A DNA stretch of 54,905 nucleotides from an uncultured delta proteobacterium (GCA_963803975.1 CAWDOY010000057.1:1-54905), one strand, 5' to 3'. Shown: positions 1 to 12,210, numbered from the stretch's first letter. Notes: a model not told the origin generated them from the letters alone. Numbers and translations: made by a program.

Positions 1-1005
1 CTATTTCACCCTGCGCTTGATGGGTTACAGCCGCTGCTCAAATTATGACGGCTCGATTAGCGACTGGGGCGCGGATGCAGCACTTCCCATGGAAAAGATG
101 GAAAGTCTCCAGTCACTCGTCTATCCAGCCTGGGTTGCCGCCCTCATCAGCGGAGATAAGCCCCCGACCTATCAGAACAACGGCTATGTTATCGTCGAGA
201 CCTCATGGACGCCTGAATATACAACAGATCCCACTGACTATTCCATTGGCCATATACCGGGCGCCATCTTCTCATGGATACCTATGATGTTGAAAACGGT
301 CCGAGCCGCGAGCCCATGTACGAAAGTCCGCATGACGCGAATGTGAAGGCGATTCCAGAGCTGCAGCAGTTTCTGGGCGGGATCGGTATCTCGGCGGACA
401 AGACTGTGGTGGTTTCAGAAATGATATCATGAGCTGCGGACGGGTCGCCTGGGCGCTGCTGCTGGCCGGGGTAAAGGACGTGCGCGTTCTCAATGGCGGT
501 TATGACGCCTGGATTAAAAACGGCGGAGGGTCGCAGGGAACGGCAAACGTCTTAGCGCCGGTTGAGTTTGGAGAATCGGCGGGCAGACCAGATCTTCTTG
601 CCACCATGGAACAGGTTAAGGCAGTCTGCGCCGGGAGCACTACTGGCATCACGGTGACTGATGACCGCTCGAGGGATGAGTTTATCGGCGCTTCAAACTC
701 CTACTACGGCTACTTTGACGAGAAGGGCAGAATCCCCTGCGCCAAGTGGATTGGGGACTGGACCGAACTCATCGGCAGTGACATTAATACGGTCCAGAGC
801 ATGGGGGTGGTAAAGAAAAACTGGGAAGCCGCAGGGTTTTTTCCGGATAAGAAGATGTATTTCTACTGCGGCACCGGCTGGCGCTCCGGCCTCTATGCCT
901 ATTATGCGTATCTGCTGGGGTGGCCTGCAGCAAATTATGACGGCGGCTGGTACGAGTGGAGCACAAACCCGGATAACCCGAGGGAGACCAGGCGAGCCAA
1001 AATAA
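1..1005 (+). CDS. Multidomain rhodanese / thiosulfate sulfurtransferase, YnjE-like (5'-truncated, frameshifted)
   Basis: ORFs 17..346 and 429..1088 join. Motifs GHIPGA, VLNGG, GRIP, active-site loop YCGTGWRS and C-terminal YDGGWYEWS. Probable true stop is TAA at 1003-1005 after a frameshift. Confidence 0.85.
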
Positions 1006-1051
1006 TAGCAAAGAACCTGCTGGTTAAAACTTTAATGGAAGCCCTTACCCT

Positions 1052-2026
1052 ATGCGGACACTGTATGGTATATTTTTGTCAACAATAGTTTTCTGTGCCT
1101 CAGTCTCATACACCTGGGCCGGGGCCTGGAGCATGAACAAGGGTGGGCTGTACGCGAAACTGTCCTGCAACCATTATTATACCAACTATACATTCCATGG
1201 AGGCGGCATACAGCGATTGCCCAAAGGAACCACATTCACCGATAACAACACAACCCTGTATCTCGAGTACGGCATCACTGACCGGCTGACAATATCGGGC
1301 TCGCTTCCCTACAAATGGCTGCGCTCCACCTATCGGCAACAGGTAACAGTGGGCGACCAAATCAAGACACGCAAAGTGGAAAAACGCTGGAACGGATTCG
1401 GCGACATGGAACTAGGCCTGAATACTTTATCCCTACGGAGCAGGTAGTCACTTCCGTGCAGTTCCTGTATAAAAATGCGGGGCTGTACGACAAAAATGAA
1501 AACATACCTCCCGGCAATCATCAGGATGATTATGAGCTGCGGTTTCTGGTGGGAAAATCCCTATGGCCGTTTCCCCGGTTACTGCGGAGCAGAGATCGGC
1601 TACCGCTGGAGAACCCAGGCACCGTCTGATGAATTCCGGTATTTGCTCGAATTCGGAGTAAATGCCACCCAAGGGCTTTCCTTTACGAGAGTAAAGCTTG
1701 ACGGGACAAAGAGCATGCATAACGCAGACCTGCCTCACCAGCCAAAGCCGGTTAACACTGCGTATATTGATGAAGAAACCGGGCAGGTCATAAAAACCAG
1801 CAGCAGTGTATCTCCAGTCAGGCGGTCTCAGCAAATCCGTCTCTTGGCCTCCAGTATGACCTGGGCAAGTTTGAATTCACCACCAGCTATCAGGTTGCCA
1901 AGCGGTGGTTCTGTGAATTGTCATACACCAATTATCCCTACGGAAAAAATGTTTCACCCGGCGATCAATATTCCTGTGCCCTGGTCTATTATTTTGACAA
2001 TAAAAAAAGTCCGCCGGCACCGCTAA
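1052..2026 (+). CDS. Secreted putative outer-membrane beta-barrel protein (frameshifted)
   Basis: Signal peptide followed by AWSMNKGGLYAKLS. Amphipathic strands YLEYGITDRLTISGSLPY, GFGDMELG, EIGYRWR and LLEFGVN spread over several frames. Confidence 0.55.
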
Positions 2027-2071
2027 AAACAGATGATAGCAATTAGATAATGACAGGCAGTGGAGGTGTTA

Positions 2072-3557
2072 ATGAGTTTCCCTCACCTTATAGTCGGAGG
2101 ATATTTAACGGTACTGGTACTGCTGATGATATATGCAGTGCACCGGTACTGTATTCTGTTTCTCTACTTTAAATACAGGAGAAAAAATGATGTCGTTCCA
2201 ACGCTTCCTGATGAGCTGCCATGCGTAACGATTCAGCTTCCGCTGTATAATGAAGTATATGTAGTTGAGCGCCTGATTACTGCTGCGGCAAAGCTCCGGT
2301 ATCCCAAAAGCCTTTTAGATATCCAGGTTCTTGATGATTCCACTGACGAAACCACTGCTCGGGCGCGTAACCTGGTACGAAAGACTTCCGGGAAGCGGGG
2401 CACTCGATCCAATACCTCCATCGTGAACACCGACAAGGGTATAAAGCAGGGGCTCTTCAGGAAGGGCTGAAACAGGCCCAAGGAGAGTTAATTGCCATTT
2501 TTGATGCTGACTTTGTTCCGCAGGAGGATTTCCTTCTGCAGACCGTCCCATACTTTTCCAATCCTCATGTCGGGATGGTGCAGGGCAGGTGGGGACATAT
2601 TAACCGCAGCTACTCATTCCTTACGCGGGTTAACGGCAATGTTCCTGTGATGCACGTTTCTTACTGGAACACAGCGCGCGGTATCTATCGGGAAGGTTTT
2701 TTGAATTTTAACGGAACGGCCGGCATCTGGAGAACGGAATGTATCATTGCCGCGGGAGGCTGGCAGCATGACACGCTAACCGAAGACCTTGATTTGAGCT
2801 ATCGTGCGCAGCTGAGGGATGGAAATTTGTTTTCTTCCCCAGGCAATAACGCCGGGCAGAGGATCCGGTAGACATCCAATGCGTTCAAATCCCAGCAGCA
2901 CCGCTGGTCAAAGGGAGGAATTGAAACAGCGCGGGAAACTTTTCCCGGTAATAATCAGAAGCAATCAGACGTGGCTGGTGAAGCTTGAAGCCCTGTTTCA
3001 TCTGAGCTGCAACATAAATTATCTGCTGGTTTTTATGCTTGCAGTGCTGGCATATCCTGCTCTGGTCATCCGCATAAAGATGGGATGGAGAGGCCTGTTC
3101 ATTTTTGATCTCATGCTTTTCTGGGGCTCTACCGTTCCCATCGGCCTGTACTACCTTGTCTCGCAGAAAGAAGCGAGGGAACCATGGGTGCAAAAGATTC
3201 TGTACCTCCCGTTCATCATGGCAATGGGTATTGGTTTGTGTATTAATAACGGCAGGGGGGTGCTTGGTCGTTTTGGGGCTATAAATCTGCCTTTATAAGA
3301 ACGCCCAAATTTCGGATAGAAAACAAATCAGATCAGTGGAAATACAAAATATACCGCGGGGACAGCAAAAATATTGTGACGCTGATGAGCTTGGACTTGG
3401 GTTTTATTTCCTCTCCGCCATTATCTTTGCCGCGCTTTATGAAGTCTATGATGCCATTCCTTTTTTGACGCTCTTTGCCGGAGGTTTTTTTTATATTTCT
3501 CTTGTTTCCTTTTTTCAAAAATATGCTGCATGGCCAGATATAAAAACTGCTGTTTGA
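2072..3557 (+). CDS. Glycosyltransferase family 2, cellulose synthase-like membrane GT (frameshifted)
   Basis: VTIQLPLYNE, QVLDDSTDET, FDAD, NFNGTAGIWR, TLTEDLDLSYRAQL, QQHRW-type motif and C-terminal TM helices across ORFs 2060, 2575, 2819 and 3336. Confidence 0.85.
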
Positions 3558-3620
3558 CGGTTCTGCAGCCCGCTGGGCGGGACATTCCGGAGGTTAATCC
3601 ACAGGAACACAGGCTGTCGC

Positions 3621-4600
3621 ATGGACATAAAAAACATTCTGGACAAATAAACACATGCGAAAACAATCCGTCGATATTGTTCAGATAAATCTGGGCAACA
3701 TCTGCAATCAGGTTTGTTCTCATTGTCACATTGATGCGTCACCATCGGGCAATAAAAACATGGACTGGAATACGGCTCAAAAAATTGCTTACACGATTGC
3801 CCGCATCAGCCATCAAGCACGTAGAATTTACCGGCGGCGCCCCTGAACTGAATCCCAACTTGAAATGGTTTGTTAGAGAGCTTGCACAACATAATAAAAC
3901 CATAACCGTGAGAACAAATCTTGCCGTGATCGACATGCCGGAGCATGACTTTTACTTTGAGCTTTACCGGAACTGCAGGGTTACGATCATTGCATCACTG
4001 CCCTGCTATCTTCGGGAGAACGTCGACCGGCAGCGAGGCACGGGCGTTTATGACAAAAGCATTTCCGTGCTAAAAAAGCTTAATGCCCTGGGCTACGGAA
4101 CAAACGGCCTATCCCTTGATCTCGTCTACAGAATCCGTTAGGAGATTTTCTGCCGCCACAGCGAAAAAAGCTGCAGCTGGATTATACCCAGTTTCTAAAA
4201 GAGCACCATGATATTACCTTTAATGCGGTCATACCTATTACCAACGTCCCGGTCGGAAGATTCCGTACCATGCTTTGTAAAAAAAACAGGCTCACTACCT
4301 ATATGAGACTGTTGAAGAGTAACTATAATCCCGCAACACTTGATAAACTTATGTGCAGAACGCTGCTGTCATTAGACTATCAGGGATATATGTATGACTG
4401 CGATTTTAACCTTGCACTGGGCAAGCGACTCCCGAGGGTATGAAAATGTCAAGTTCTGGGAAGTTGATTTTGCAAGCTTTGCCACCGATATTACCTTTGG
4501 CGAACACTGCCATGCCTGCACGGCGGGGCGGTATGGACGCTGTCATGGAGCCCTAATCAACGTCAGTGAGGCCGGGGAAGTAAAAAAGCAGCTGTATGTA
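3621..4600 (+). CDS. arsS: ArsS-like radical SAM protein (arsenosugar/selenodomain-associated family), frameshifted; 3' end approximate
   Basis: QINLGNICNQVCSHCH (CxxxCxxC), TGGAPELNP, VRTNL, ASLPCY-ENVDRQRG-GV, LMC...YDCDFN and C-terminal HCHACTAG. Confidence 0.8.
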
Positions 4601-4607
4601 CGGACGG

Positions 4608-5965
4608 GTGAAACCAAAACAATTCATTTTCCTGTTACTGGCAGCGGGCCAGGGGCTTTGCTATCTGTTTCTTCTCTCTCTTGGCAATCTGAAGGAAAAT
4701 ATTGTTTTGTGTGAGGCTGGATTTTTTACCGCCTTTATTCTTTACGCTGCATCGTTAGCTCTTTTTAAAATCAATCAGGCGTCAGAATACCCGGCCCCGC
4801 GCGCCAGTCCAGCCGTTCATCAGACTCCGGCGTCATCTCCAGCGCAAAATTTCTCCTGGCAGGCATTCTTTTGTTCGCATGCTGCTTTCGCATTATACTA
4901 TGGCAGAGCCCGCCTTCAATATCAGACGATATTTACCGGTACGTCTGGGAAGGGAGGAAATTCCTGCAGCAGGAATCGATCCATTTTTACATGCACCTGC
5001 TGACCCGCAGTTAGAAAAGTACCGAGACCATGAAATCTTTCCTAACATAAACCACAAGGATTATACCACTATCTATCCCCCGGTAAGCCTTTTTATTTTC
5101 AGAATGTGCACGCAACTGAGCCCTACGATAAAAACCATGAATATGGTATTTATCATTTTTGACCTTTTAACCATGCTCGTTCTTTTATTCACTGTTAATT
5201 CTTTATCGCTGATTCAATCGAATCGTGATTTATGCCTGGAATCCGCTGGTTCTTTTGGAATTTGCCGGAAGCGGCCACCTAGACAGTGCGGGAATCTTTT
5301 TTTAATGCTCGCCCTATATCTTTTATTAAAAAGGCAGGAACGCGGTTCGATTGTTTCCCTTGCGCTGTCCTGTCTCAGTAAGTTTCTCCCCCTCATATTT
5401 CTCCCTTTTATACTCATAAAGAGAAGGTTCATTAATCTGACTATCTTTGTTCTCATTATGGGGATGTGCTATATCCCGTTTTAGGTGCCCGCGATAACCT
5501 GTTTCAAACTCTGACAACATATTTCCGGAAGTGGCGCTTCAATGCATCTCTGTTTGATATTATTTCCTGGATTGTGCGTTCAGAAGGAACTGCACGAATA
5601 ATATCAGCAGCAAGCGTTTTAAGCATGCTGATCGTGCTGGTAGCATCGTATAGACGGAATTTGCAGGAGGGGAGAACAGCGTCAATTTATCAGGCCGGGT
5701 TTATCCTTCTTGGCTGCATCATCATGCTTACCCCTGTGCTGCATCCGTGGTATTTATGTTGGATCATACCATTCCTGGTTATTATCCCAAACCGGGCATG
5801 GATTCTTTTCAGCGGCACTATTCTTCTGGGGCCTATCTGGTGCTCAAAGGTTTGGTAGAGGCCGGCAGCTGGAAAGAGAGCATGCTGGTTAGGGTGGTTG
5901 AGTATGTGCCGTTTTACGGCCTGTTACTATTTGACGGGCTGCGGAATTTTAGACAGAAGAGATAA
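4608..5965 (+). CDS. Polytopic membrane glycosyltransferase (GT87/GT-C-like), frameshifted
   Basis: SDDIYRY-W-G motif (frame-split), INH-DYTTIYPP, W-FNASLF, PVLHPWY and many TM helices. Confidence 0.7.
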
Positions 5966-5971
5966 CAGGTT

Positions 5972-6584
5972 ATGAGTGAAAATCTGCTGATTGTGTTTGT
6001 TAAATATCCGGCACCGGGGTCAGTGAAAAAGCGGCTTGCACAGCACATGGGTGATGAGAGAGCAGCAGAAATTTATAAAAAGACTGCTGAGCTGGTAGTT
6101 AAGAAAACTCGCTCCCCAGGGAGATGAAAACTATACGGTTGAAATATATTTTTCTCCGCAGGAGGATGAAAAGCTGGTGAGAAAATGGCTGATAGAGAAT
6201 GAGTATTTTTATCCGCAGCAGGGCAGCGATTTGGGGGAACGGATGCTTAATGCCTTCAAGCATGTCTTTGAAAAAGGGTGCAAAAGAGCTGTTCTTATTG
6301 GAAGCGACTGCCCGGATATATCAAGAGATATTATTACCCAAAGCTTTGATATGCTTAAAGCAAAGCACATTGTGATAGGACCTGCCTATGATGGCGGATA
6401 TTATCTCATTGGCGTACGTGAGCCTATACCAGAGCTTTTCAGCAATATCGAGTGGGGCACTGAAAAAGCAGTAAGCCAGACAATAGATAAGATTAATGCT
6501 GCAGGATTATCTCTGGGTTTGCTGCCGATGTTGCGTGATATAGATCGGGTGGAAGATCTGCAATACTATAACCTTGATTTGTAA
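5972..6584 (+). CDS. TIGR04282/DUF2064-type glycosyltransferase (rSAM/selenodomain-associated transferase 1), frameshifted
   Basis: N-terminus LIVFVKYPAPGSVKKRLA at ATG 5972. QQGSDLGERM, IGSDCP, GPAYDGGYYLIG and LRDID motifs. Confidence 0.85.
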
Positions 6585-7289
6585 CAACACCATTCCATGG
6601 GCAAAAACAAGACCAAAAATTTCCGTCATTATCCCGGCGCTCAACGAGCAGGATGCAATCGGCCTGGTGATCAGGGACATTCCAAAAGATGTGGCGGATG
6701 AGATCATCGTGGTTGATAACGGCTCCACAGACAATACGGTTATGGTGGCGCAGCGGGAGGCCGCGCTCGTGGTGCGCGAAAGCCAGCGTGGATACGGGGC
6801 CGCCTGCCTGAAGGGAATCGCCAGCGCCCATGAACCGGATATTATTGTATTTCTTGACGGTGATTACAGCGATTACCCTGAAGAGATGGCGCGTATTGTC
6901 GCGCCGATTGCGCAGGGCACGGCAGATCTTGTCATCGGCTCGCGGATCGCAGGCGCTGACGGAAAAGCAGTTCTTCCGCCGCAGGCATACTGCGGAAACA
7001 AATTGGCTACCTGGCTTATCAGACTTTTGTATCATCATTGCTTATACCGACCTGGGGCCGTTCCGCGCTATACGCTTGCGCGCACTCAAACCAGCTGAAT
7101 ATGCAGGACAGGAATTTCGGCTGGACCATAGAGATGCAGATCAAGGCGATAAAGCAGGGGCTCTCGATAAGGGAAGTGCCCGTGAGCTATCGAACGCGCA
7201 TCGGCACGTCAAAAATCAGCGGCACGGTCATTGGCTCCATTAAAGCAGGAGCAAAAATCCTCTACACAGTTTTTTCTCATATCTTCTGA
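6574..7289 (+). CDS. Glycosyltransferase family 2 (DPM synthase-like), frameshifted
   Basis: ISVIIPALNE, VVDNGSTD, RGYGAAC, FLDGDYSD, DLVIGSR, TDLGPFRAI and GWTIEMQ. Confidence 0.9.
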
Positions 7290-7727
7290 GACCAGCAGCA
7301 TACCTTCGGCTACCATGAATAATTAATAACATCAGGTGAAAAATATGTTTACAAGAGTGCTATAGGAGTGTTATAAGGATATTATAAGAGGCCATTTCTG
7401 ATGCCAATACTATTTAAATATAGAAACATTGCAGGGCCCGGCTCATTTATATGCTTGAAAAAAAGAATCGATATATAGTATAGCAGGTAAATAGTAACCA
7501 CAATATAGTGATTATTTTGCGGTTTCATGAGAAAAGAAAAATCGGTCAGTAATCAAAAAACAATAAAAGACCGGGGGAAAAAGTATAAGGATATCGGGAA
7601 GCTGTCGGGTCTGCCGAAGCTTTTCGCATTTTATTATATCTATTTTCCTAACCCGGACAAGAAGCCGGGATCAAAGTTAACCGCAAAGACAAAAAAAGAA
7701 ACAAAGAAGATTGAATTTGGAAGTCGA

Positions 7728-7792
7728 TTCGACTGAGCTCATCGCAGGCAGGAACTCACAAAAGGCACCCCTCAGCTGCGCTCGGGGCAGGC
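7728..7792. repeat. Pair of REP-like short palindromes
   Basis: ttcgactgagctcatcgcaggc and cccctcagctgcgctcggggcaggc in the intergenic region. Confidence 0.4.
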
Positions 7793-7924
7793 ACAAAAAT
7801 ATCCTGATTTCTTGAGTTCCAGATTTTTATTTTTTCTTCCATTTTTGCAAGAAAATTAGTCTTAAGAGACTAAATGTCATTTCAGGGGCAGCTGTAAAAT
7901 CGAATTAACAAAAGGGAGGGTACC

Positions 7925-9245
7925 ATGAGACAGAGAAAATTTTCATTAACAACCTTTGCCGCATGCTTAGCGGGATTAATAGCCGTGATTTTTATACTGA
8001 GTACATGCACGCCAATCATGGCGGGGGAGGTGGACATCCTGGTGCGCAAACTGGTGGAGAAGGGCATTCTTAACAAAGATGAGGGTGACAAAATTCTCCA
8101 GGAAACAAAGCAGGAAGCAGCTAAAGAGAAAGAACAGGCAGCCAAAGAAGTAAAGGCAGCGGTTGCAAAGGAAGCAAAGGAAGGGAAGTTTGGCATTATT
8201 CCCGACTGGGTAAGAAAGACCAAATTCTACGGTGATTTCAGGCTGCGCTATGAAAATATAGATATCAAGGACTCACGCTCACAAAGTCGCGGCAGGTTCA
8301 GGGTGCGGCTTAACCTGGAGACAGAGGTTGCCAAAAACCTTAAGTTCATATTTGGCATTGCCAGCGGCTCCAATGACCCGCGCTCCAATGACCAGTCATT
8401 CACCAACGACTCTGACAAAAAGCAGATTAATATCAACTACGCCTATGTGAACTTTACACCTTATAAGTGGCTGAACCTGCAGGGCGGGAAAATGCCTAAC
8501 CCCATCTATACAGTTTCCCAGCTGGTCTGGGATGAAGACATAAACCCTGAAGGCGTGGCAGCACAGATAAAATATCCGGTAAATCCGTGTATTGACCTGC
8601 TGATGAATGCGGGAGCTTTTCAGCTGAATGACAATAAGAATAACACGCCGGAAGATGCCTGGATGTGGGTCATACAGCCCGGGGTCATGTGGAGGCCGAA
8701 CGAAAAAACCCAGCTGAAAGTAGCCGCGGGTTTTACCTCATTTGAAAATTTCCAGGACAACCCGCAGCAGAAATACTCGAGCGGGACGAACACCTACGTA
8801 AAAGATGGAACTGACACGGTGTATAGATATAAATATAACCTGGTGAACATGGCGGGTGAACTGGGGTTCAAAAATCCGGTCCCCGCGTTTACGCCGATCC
8901 GCTATGCCGGGCTGTTTGCTGAATATACCAACAATGTGTCCACATCAAATGGCAAGAGCGGTTATTTGACCGGCCTCACGTTCGGGGATGAAAAAGTCGT
9001 GGAGAAGTGTCAGTGGAATTTCAGGGGATCGTGGCGGCGCCTGGAGAAAAATGCCGCGCCGGACATCCTGCCTGACTCGAACTTCTACTTTGGCTACACG
9101 GGTGTCACGGGCTACACGGCCCAGTTCAGATACGGGCTGCTTAAAAATGTCAACTTCACCACAACCTATTTTCGTGCGTTCCAGATCAGCGGGCCGGGCA
9201 AACCCTGCGAACCTGTTCCAGACGGATATGAATTTTAAATTCTAA
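7925..9245 (+). CDS. Putative porin (Porin_5-like outer-membrane beta-barrel), frameshift near 3' end
   Basis: Signal peptide, DILVRKLVEKGIL coil, FYGDFRLRYE, R-RFRVRL and LVWDEDINPEG. C-terminal FQTDMNFKF lies in the alternate frame. Confidence 0.8.
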
Positions 9246-9288
9246 CGCGCTGAATAGATAACGGCACGAAACGGTTCTTTCATTTTTC

Positions 9289-9317
9289 TTGACAGGAGGT
9301 TTGGTTACGTTTAAAAG
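9289..9317 (+). promoter_or_regulatory. Sigma70-type promoter upstream of riboswitch 1
   Basis: TTGACA at 9289 with a weak -10 (TAAAAG) 17 nt downstream. Confidence 0.5.
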
Positions 9318-9333
9318 TTAAGTAATAGCGAAG

Positions 9334-9431
9334 CTCTCCGAGCCACTATTTTCTAAAGCCTGCCGGCTATGAAAGGTGGCCGTCAAGGCAGCGGTTGAAA
9401 AGCTGCTGCCTCCCGTGTTTGGAAAGGAGAG
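9334..9431 (+). ncRNA. Moco-class riboswitch aptamer 1 (P3-less, Wco/Tuco-type variant)
   Basis: CTCTCCGAG...TCTAAAGCC-GGCTATGA (tetraloop receptor-like)...GGCC, GAAA-capped stem, then CCTCCCGTGTTTGGAAAGGAGAG. Matches the Moco RNA motif. Lies upstream of TOBE/mod genes. Confidence 0.9.
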
Positions 9432-9450
9432 ATACAGACATGTACATAAT

Positions 9451-9487
9451 AAAACCAGTACCTGCCAAACACGGTACTGGTTTTTTG
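9451..9487 (+). terminator. Riboswitch 1 expression-platform terminator
   Basis: AAAACCAGTACC/GGTACTGGTTTTTT stem. Contains CCAAACACGG, complementary to aptamer CCGTGTTTGG. Confidence 0.85.
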
Positions 9488-9512
9488 TTTAACCACAAAC
9501 AGGAGGCACATC

Positions 9513-9722
9513 ATGAAGTACGGGGCACGTAATCAACTGATGGGAACCGTCACCGACATTAAAAAGGGTTCGGTGATGTGCGAGGTGAAGGTGAAAATTG
9601 CATCCGGTGCATTCATGGAATCGGTTATGACCATGAATTCTCTGAAGGAGCTGGGAATCAAGAAGGGCGACACGGTAAAGATCGTGGTCAAGGCGGTGAA
9701 TGTTTTGCTGGTGAAGGAATAA
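9513..9722 (+). CDS. TOBE/Mop molybdate-binding domain protein
   Basis: GARNQLMGTV...SVMT-NS-KELGIKKGD-V---VKAVNV, with RBS AGGAGG. Confidence 0.9.
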   Translation: MKYGARNQLMGTVTDIKKGSVMCEVKVKIASGAFMESVMTMNSLKELGIKKGDTVKIVVKAVNVLLVKE

Positions 9723-9728
9723 GTCCTG

Positions 9729-10339
9729 ATGGATATCGATTTAATCAGGGCTATCAACAAACTCTGGCTCCCGGTGTATCCGGGCATTGCCAAACAAATT
9801 GCCGGGCACTGCACTAAGCAGCCCGGACATATACTTGAGGCGGGTGTTTTTCCGGGGGCATCGGCCTCACGCTCCTCAGGCAGTGCCCGCAAAGCACCCT
9901 GACGATTGCGTTGGAGATGGAAGAGCTGGTCGCGACCTTTTCTTCAGACTGGCAGGAGATGCTTGATACACAATGCGCGGATCGATACCGTGTTGTATCA
10001 ACCCCGCTTTCTCCTCTCACTATAACCGGCCAAACATTTGACCTGATCATTTGCCGCGGCGTCTTCTTTTTCCTTGATGAAAAGGGCGCGATTTTGTCTG
10101 AACTCTTTCGCCTGCTGTCACCCGGCGGCATTGTCTTCGCCGGAGGCGGATTCGGCACATACACTTCGCCTGAGGTAATCAAGCAGCTTGCTGATGAATC
10201 GCGAAGGCTCAATTATGCACTCGGCAGGAAACTTTTCTCCCGCCAGGAGTTTGAGCTGGCTTTGTCAACGACGGGCCTTGCAGAGCAGGCTGAAGTGATA
10301 GAAGAAGGCGGCTTATGGGCGGTGATCAGAAAAACATGA
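9729..10339 (+). CDS. Class I SAM-dependent methyltransferase-like protein (frameshifted)
   Basis: ATG 9729 MDIDLIRAINKLWLPVYP; ILEAGCFSGG-like motif I; FDLIICRG and RLLSPGG-VFAGGGFG. Confidence 0.7.
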
Positions 10340-10346
10340 TATAGTA

Positions 10347-10412
10347 TTCGCGCGCCATGCATCTGGATGTTTTTGACCAGCCTGGGAAAAACTACTTTTT
10401 CAACAAACTGCC
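10347..10412 (+). repeat. Truncated copy of the MITE-like element also at 34260 and 49270
   Basis: ttcgcgcgccatgcatctggatgtttttgaccagcctgg...actttttcaacaa matches the 3' part of 34495-34560. Confidence 0.75.
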
Positions 10413-10422
10413 AAGAGAATAA

Positions 10423-11451
10423 ATGATGAAAACGGTCCCTGTAGAAAATTCGGTGGGCATGGTGCTGTGCCATGACATCACCCGGATAACACCGGGCGAG
10501 TTCAAGGGCCGTGCCTTTAAAAAGGGGCATATCATTCAGCAGGAGGATATTCCAAAACTGCTGGACCTGGGTAAGCGGCAGATCTTTGTCTGGGAATTAA
10601 GTGAAGGCTTTGTCCATGAAAATGATGCTGCCATGAGAATGGCCGCTGCTGCTGCCGGGCCGGGCATCAGCTTATCAGAACCAAAAGAAGGAAAGGTTTC
10701 CCTCAGCGCTCAGGCTGCGGGCCTTTTAAAGGTCAATGTTGCCGCCCTTAATGCCATTAATGAAGTTGATCAGGCGATGTTTGCAACGCTGCATTCCAAT
10801 CAAAAAGTAACGGAAGGAAAAACAGTGGCCGGCACGCGCATTATCCCGCTGGTTATTGAAGAGGCTAAAATTAATCACATTGAGAGTATCTGCCGGCAGC
10901 ACTACCCGGTTATTGAAGTAAAGCCATTCAAACCCTGCAGCGCAGGCATTGTAACCACCGGCAGCGAAGTCTTTTACCGCCGCATCGAGGATAAATTCGG
11001 TCCCGTGCTGTTCAGCAAATTCGCTGAGTTTGGCTGCAGCGTGCTGAAACAGATTTTTGTACCTGACAGCATCGAGCTGATTGCAGAGTCAATCCGTACC
11101 CTGCTGGAGCGGGGAGCAGAAATCATCGCCGTGACCGGGGGCATGTCGGTTGATCCCGATGATGTGACGCCCGCGGGGATCAGGACAGCCGGTGGACGCA
11201 TTGTTACCTATGGCGCGCCCACGCTTCCCGGAGCAATGTTTCTGCTTGCTTATATCGGCGCGGTCCCGGTCCTGGGGCTTCCCGGCTGCGTTATGTATCA
11301 CAAAACAACCATCTTTGACCTGGTGCTGCCGCGCATCCTTGCCGGTGAAGCGCTCACCAGGCAGGATATAACCAGTTTAGGACATGGCGGTTTATGCGCT
11401 GATTGCCAGGAGTGCCGATATCCGGATTGCGGCTTTGGTAAAGGAATCTGA
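10423..11451 (+). CDS. Molybdopterin-binding protein (MoeA/MoaB-like)
   Basis: GMVLCHDIT-I-PGEFKG, TTGSEV, TGGMSVDPDDVTP, LGLPGC and C-terminal GHGGLC-DC-EC-YP-C. Confidence 0.9.
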   Translation: MMKTVPVENSVGMVLCHDITRITPGEFKGRAFKKGHIIQQEDIPKLLDLGKRQIFVWELSEGFVHENDAAMRMAAAAAGPGISLSEPKEGKVSLSAQAAGLLKVNVAALNAINEVDQAMFATLHSNQKVTEGKTVAGTRIIPLVIEEAKINHIESICRQHYPVIEVKPFKPCSAGIVTTGSEVFYRRIEDKFGPVLFSKFAEFGCSVLKQIFVPDSIELIAESIRTLLERGAEIIAVTGGMSVDPDDVTPAGIRTAGGRIVTYGAPTLPGAMFLLAYIGAVPVLGLPGCVMYHKTTIFDLVLPRILAGEALTRQDITSLGHGGLCADCQECRYPDCGFGKGI

Positions 11452-11470
11452 AAGAGTCCTGTGGTGAACA

Positions 11471-12195
11471 ATGGAAGTGCTTAATGCGCTGCTTGGCCAG
11501 GGTATTCCCGCGCTGCCATGCACTATTTCTCTCTACCCGTATGTTGTGTTTGCTGAGAGCGTCCGGCCCGGCCTGGCAACCAATGTGGCGGCAGGCACGG
11601 ATGAAGAGAACAGCGGATGCTGCAGCTTTCAAAAGCTCTCGCTGCCGCAGATCTTGCGCGATGATCCTGTCCACCGCGGGCCTTGAAGCTGCTATTGGCA
11701 TGGCAGCCCTTAATTCCGCGCTTGATCTATCTCCCCTCGAGGACCGGCTGCAGCAGGTGAACGCTTTTGACGTCCTGCTGCACAGGGGAAAAAATAAGAA
11801 CATATCAATTATAGGCCATTTCCCCTTTGTTGAGCTTCTGAAGCGGAAAAGAGATTGCCCGGAACCTGTGGGTATTTGAGCTGAAGCCGAAAACAGATGA
11901 TGACCTGCTGCCGGAACATATCCCTGAGTATGTGCCGGAATCAGATATTGTCCTCATGAGCGGCACCACCCTTATCCACCACACCTTTGATGCTATCAGT
12001 GGCTATTTTAATGCGAGCTATAATATAATGGCAGGCCCGAGCACGCCCCTGTCGCCAATACTGTTTGATTTCGGCATTCATATGATTTCAGGAACCGTAG
12101 TGACGGATAAAGAAAAAGCACGGGAGAGCTTTTCCCGCGGCGCGAAATTCAGGGAAGCGCAGGGGCTCCGGTTTGTTTCGTTTTTTAAAGAATAA
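11471..12195 (+). CDS. DUF364 Rossmann-like (putative metal-chelation) protein, frameshifted
   Basis: EAAIGMAALNS, IIGHFPF, SGTTLI--TFD and GPSTPLSP-LFDFG---ISG. Confidence 0.8.
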
Positions 12196-12210
12196 AAAAA
12201 GGACCTTATT

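Noticed and set aside
4500..4560. Selenocysteine in the ArsS C-terminal motif
   Set aside because: No in-frame TGA there; the position reads Cys (TGT).
7527..7736. Lys-rich 69-aa ORF
   Set aside because: Low-complexity AT-rich intergenic sequence running into REP-like repeats; no family motifs or clear RBS.
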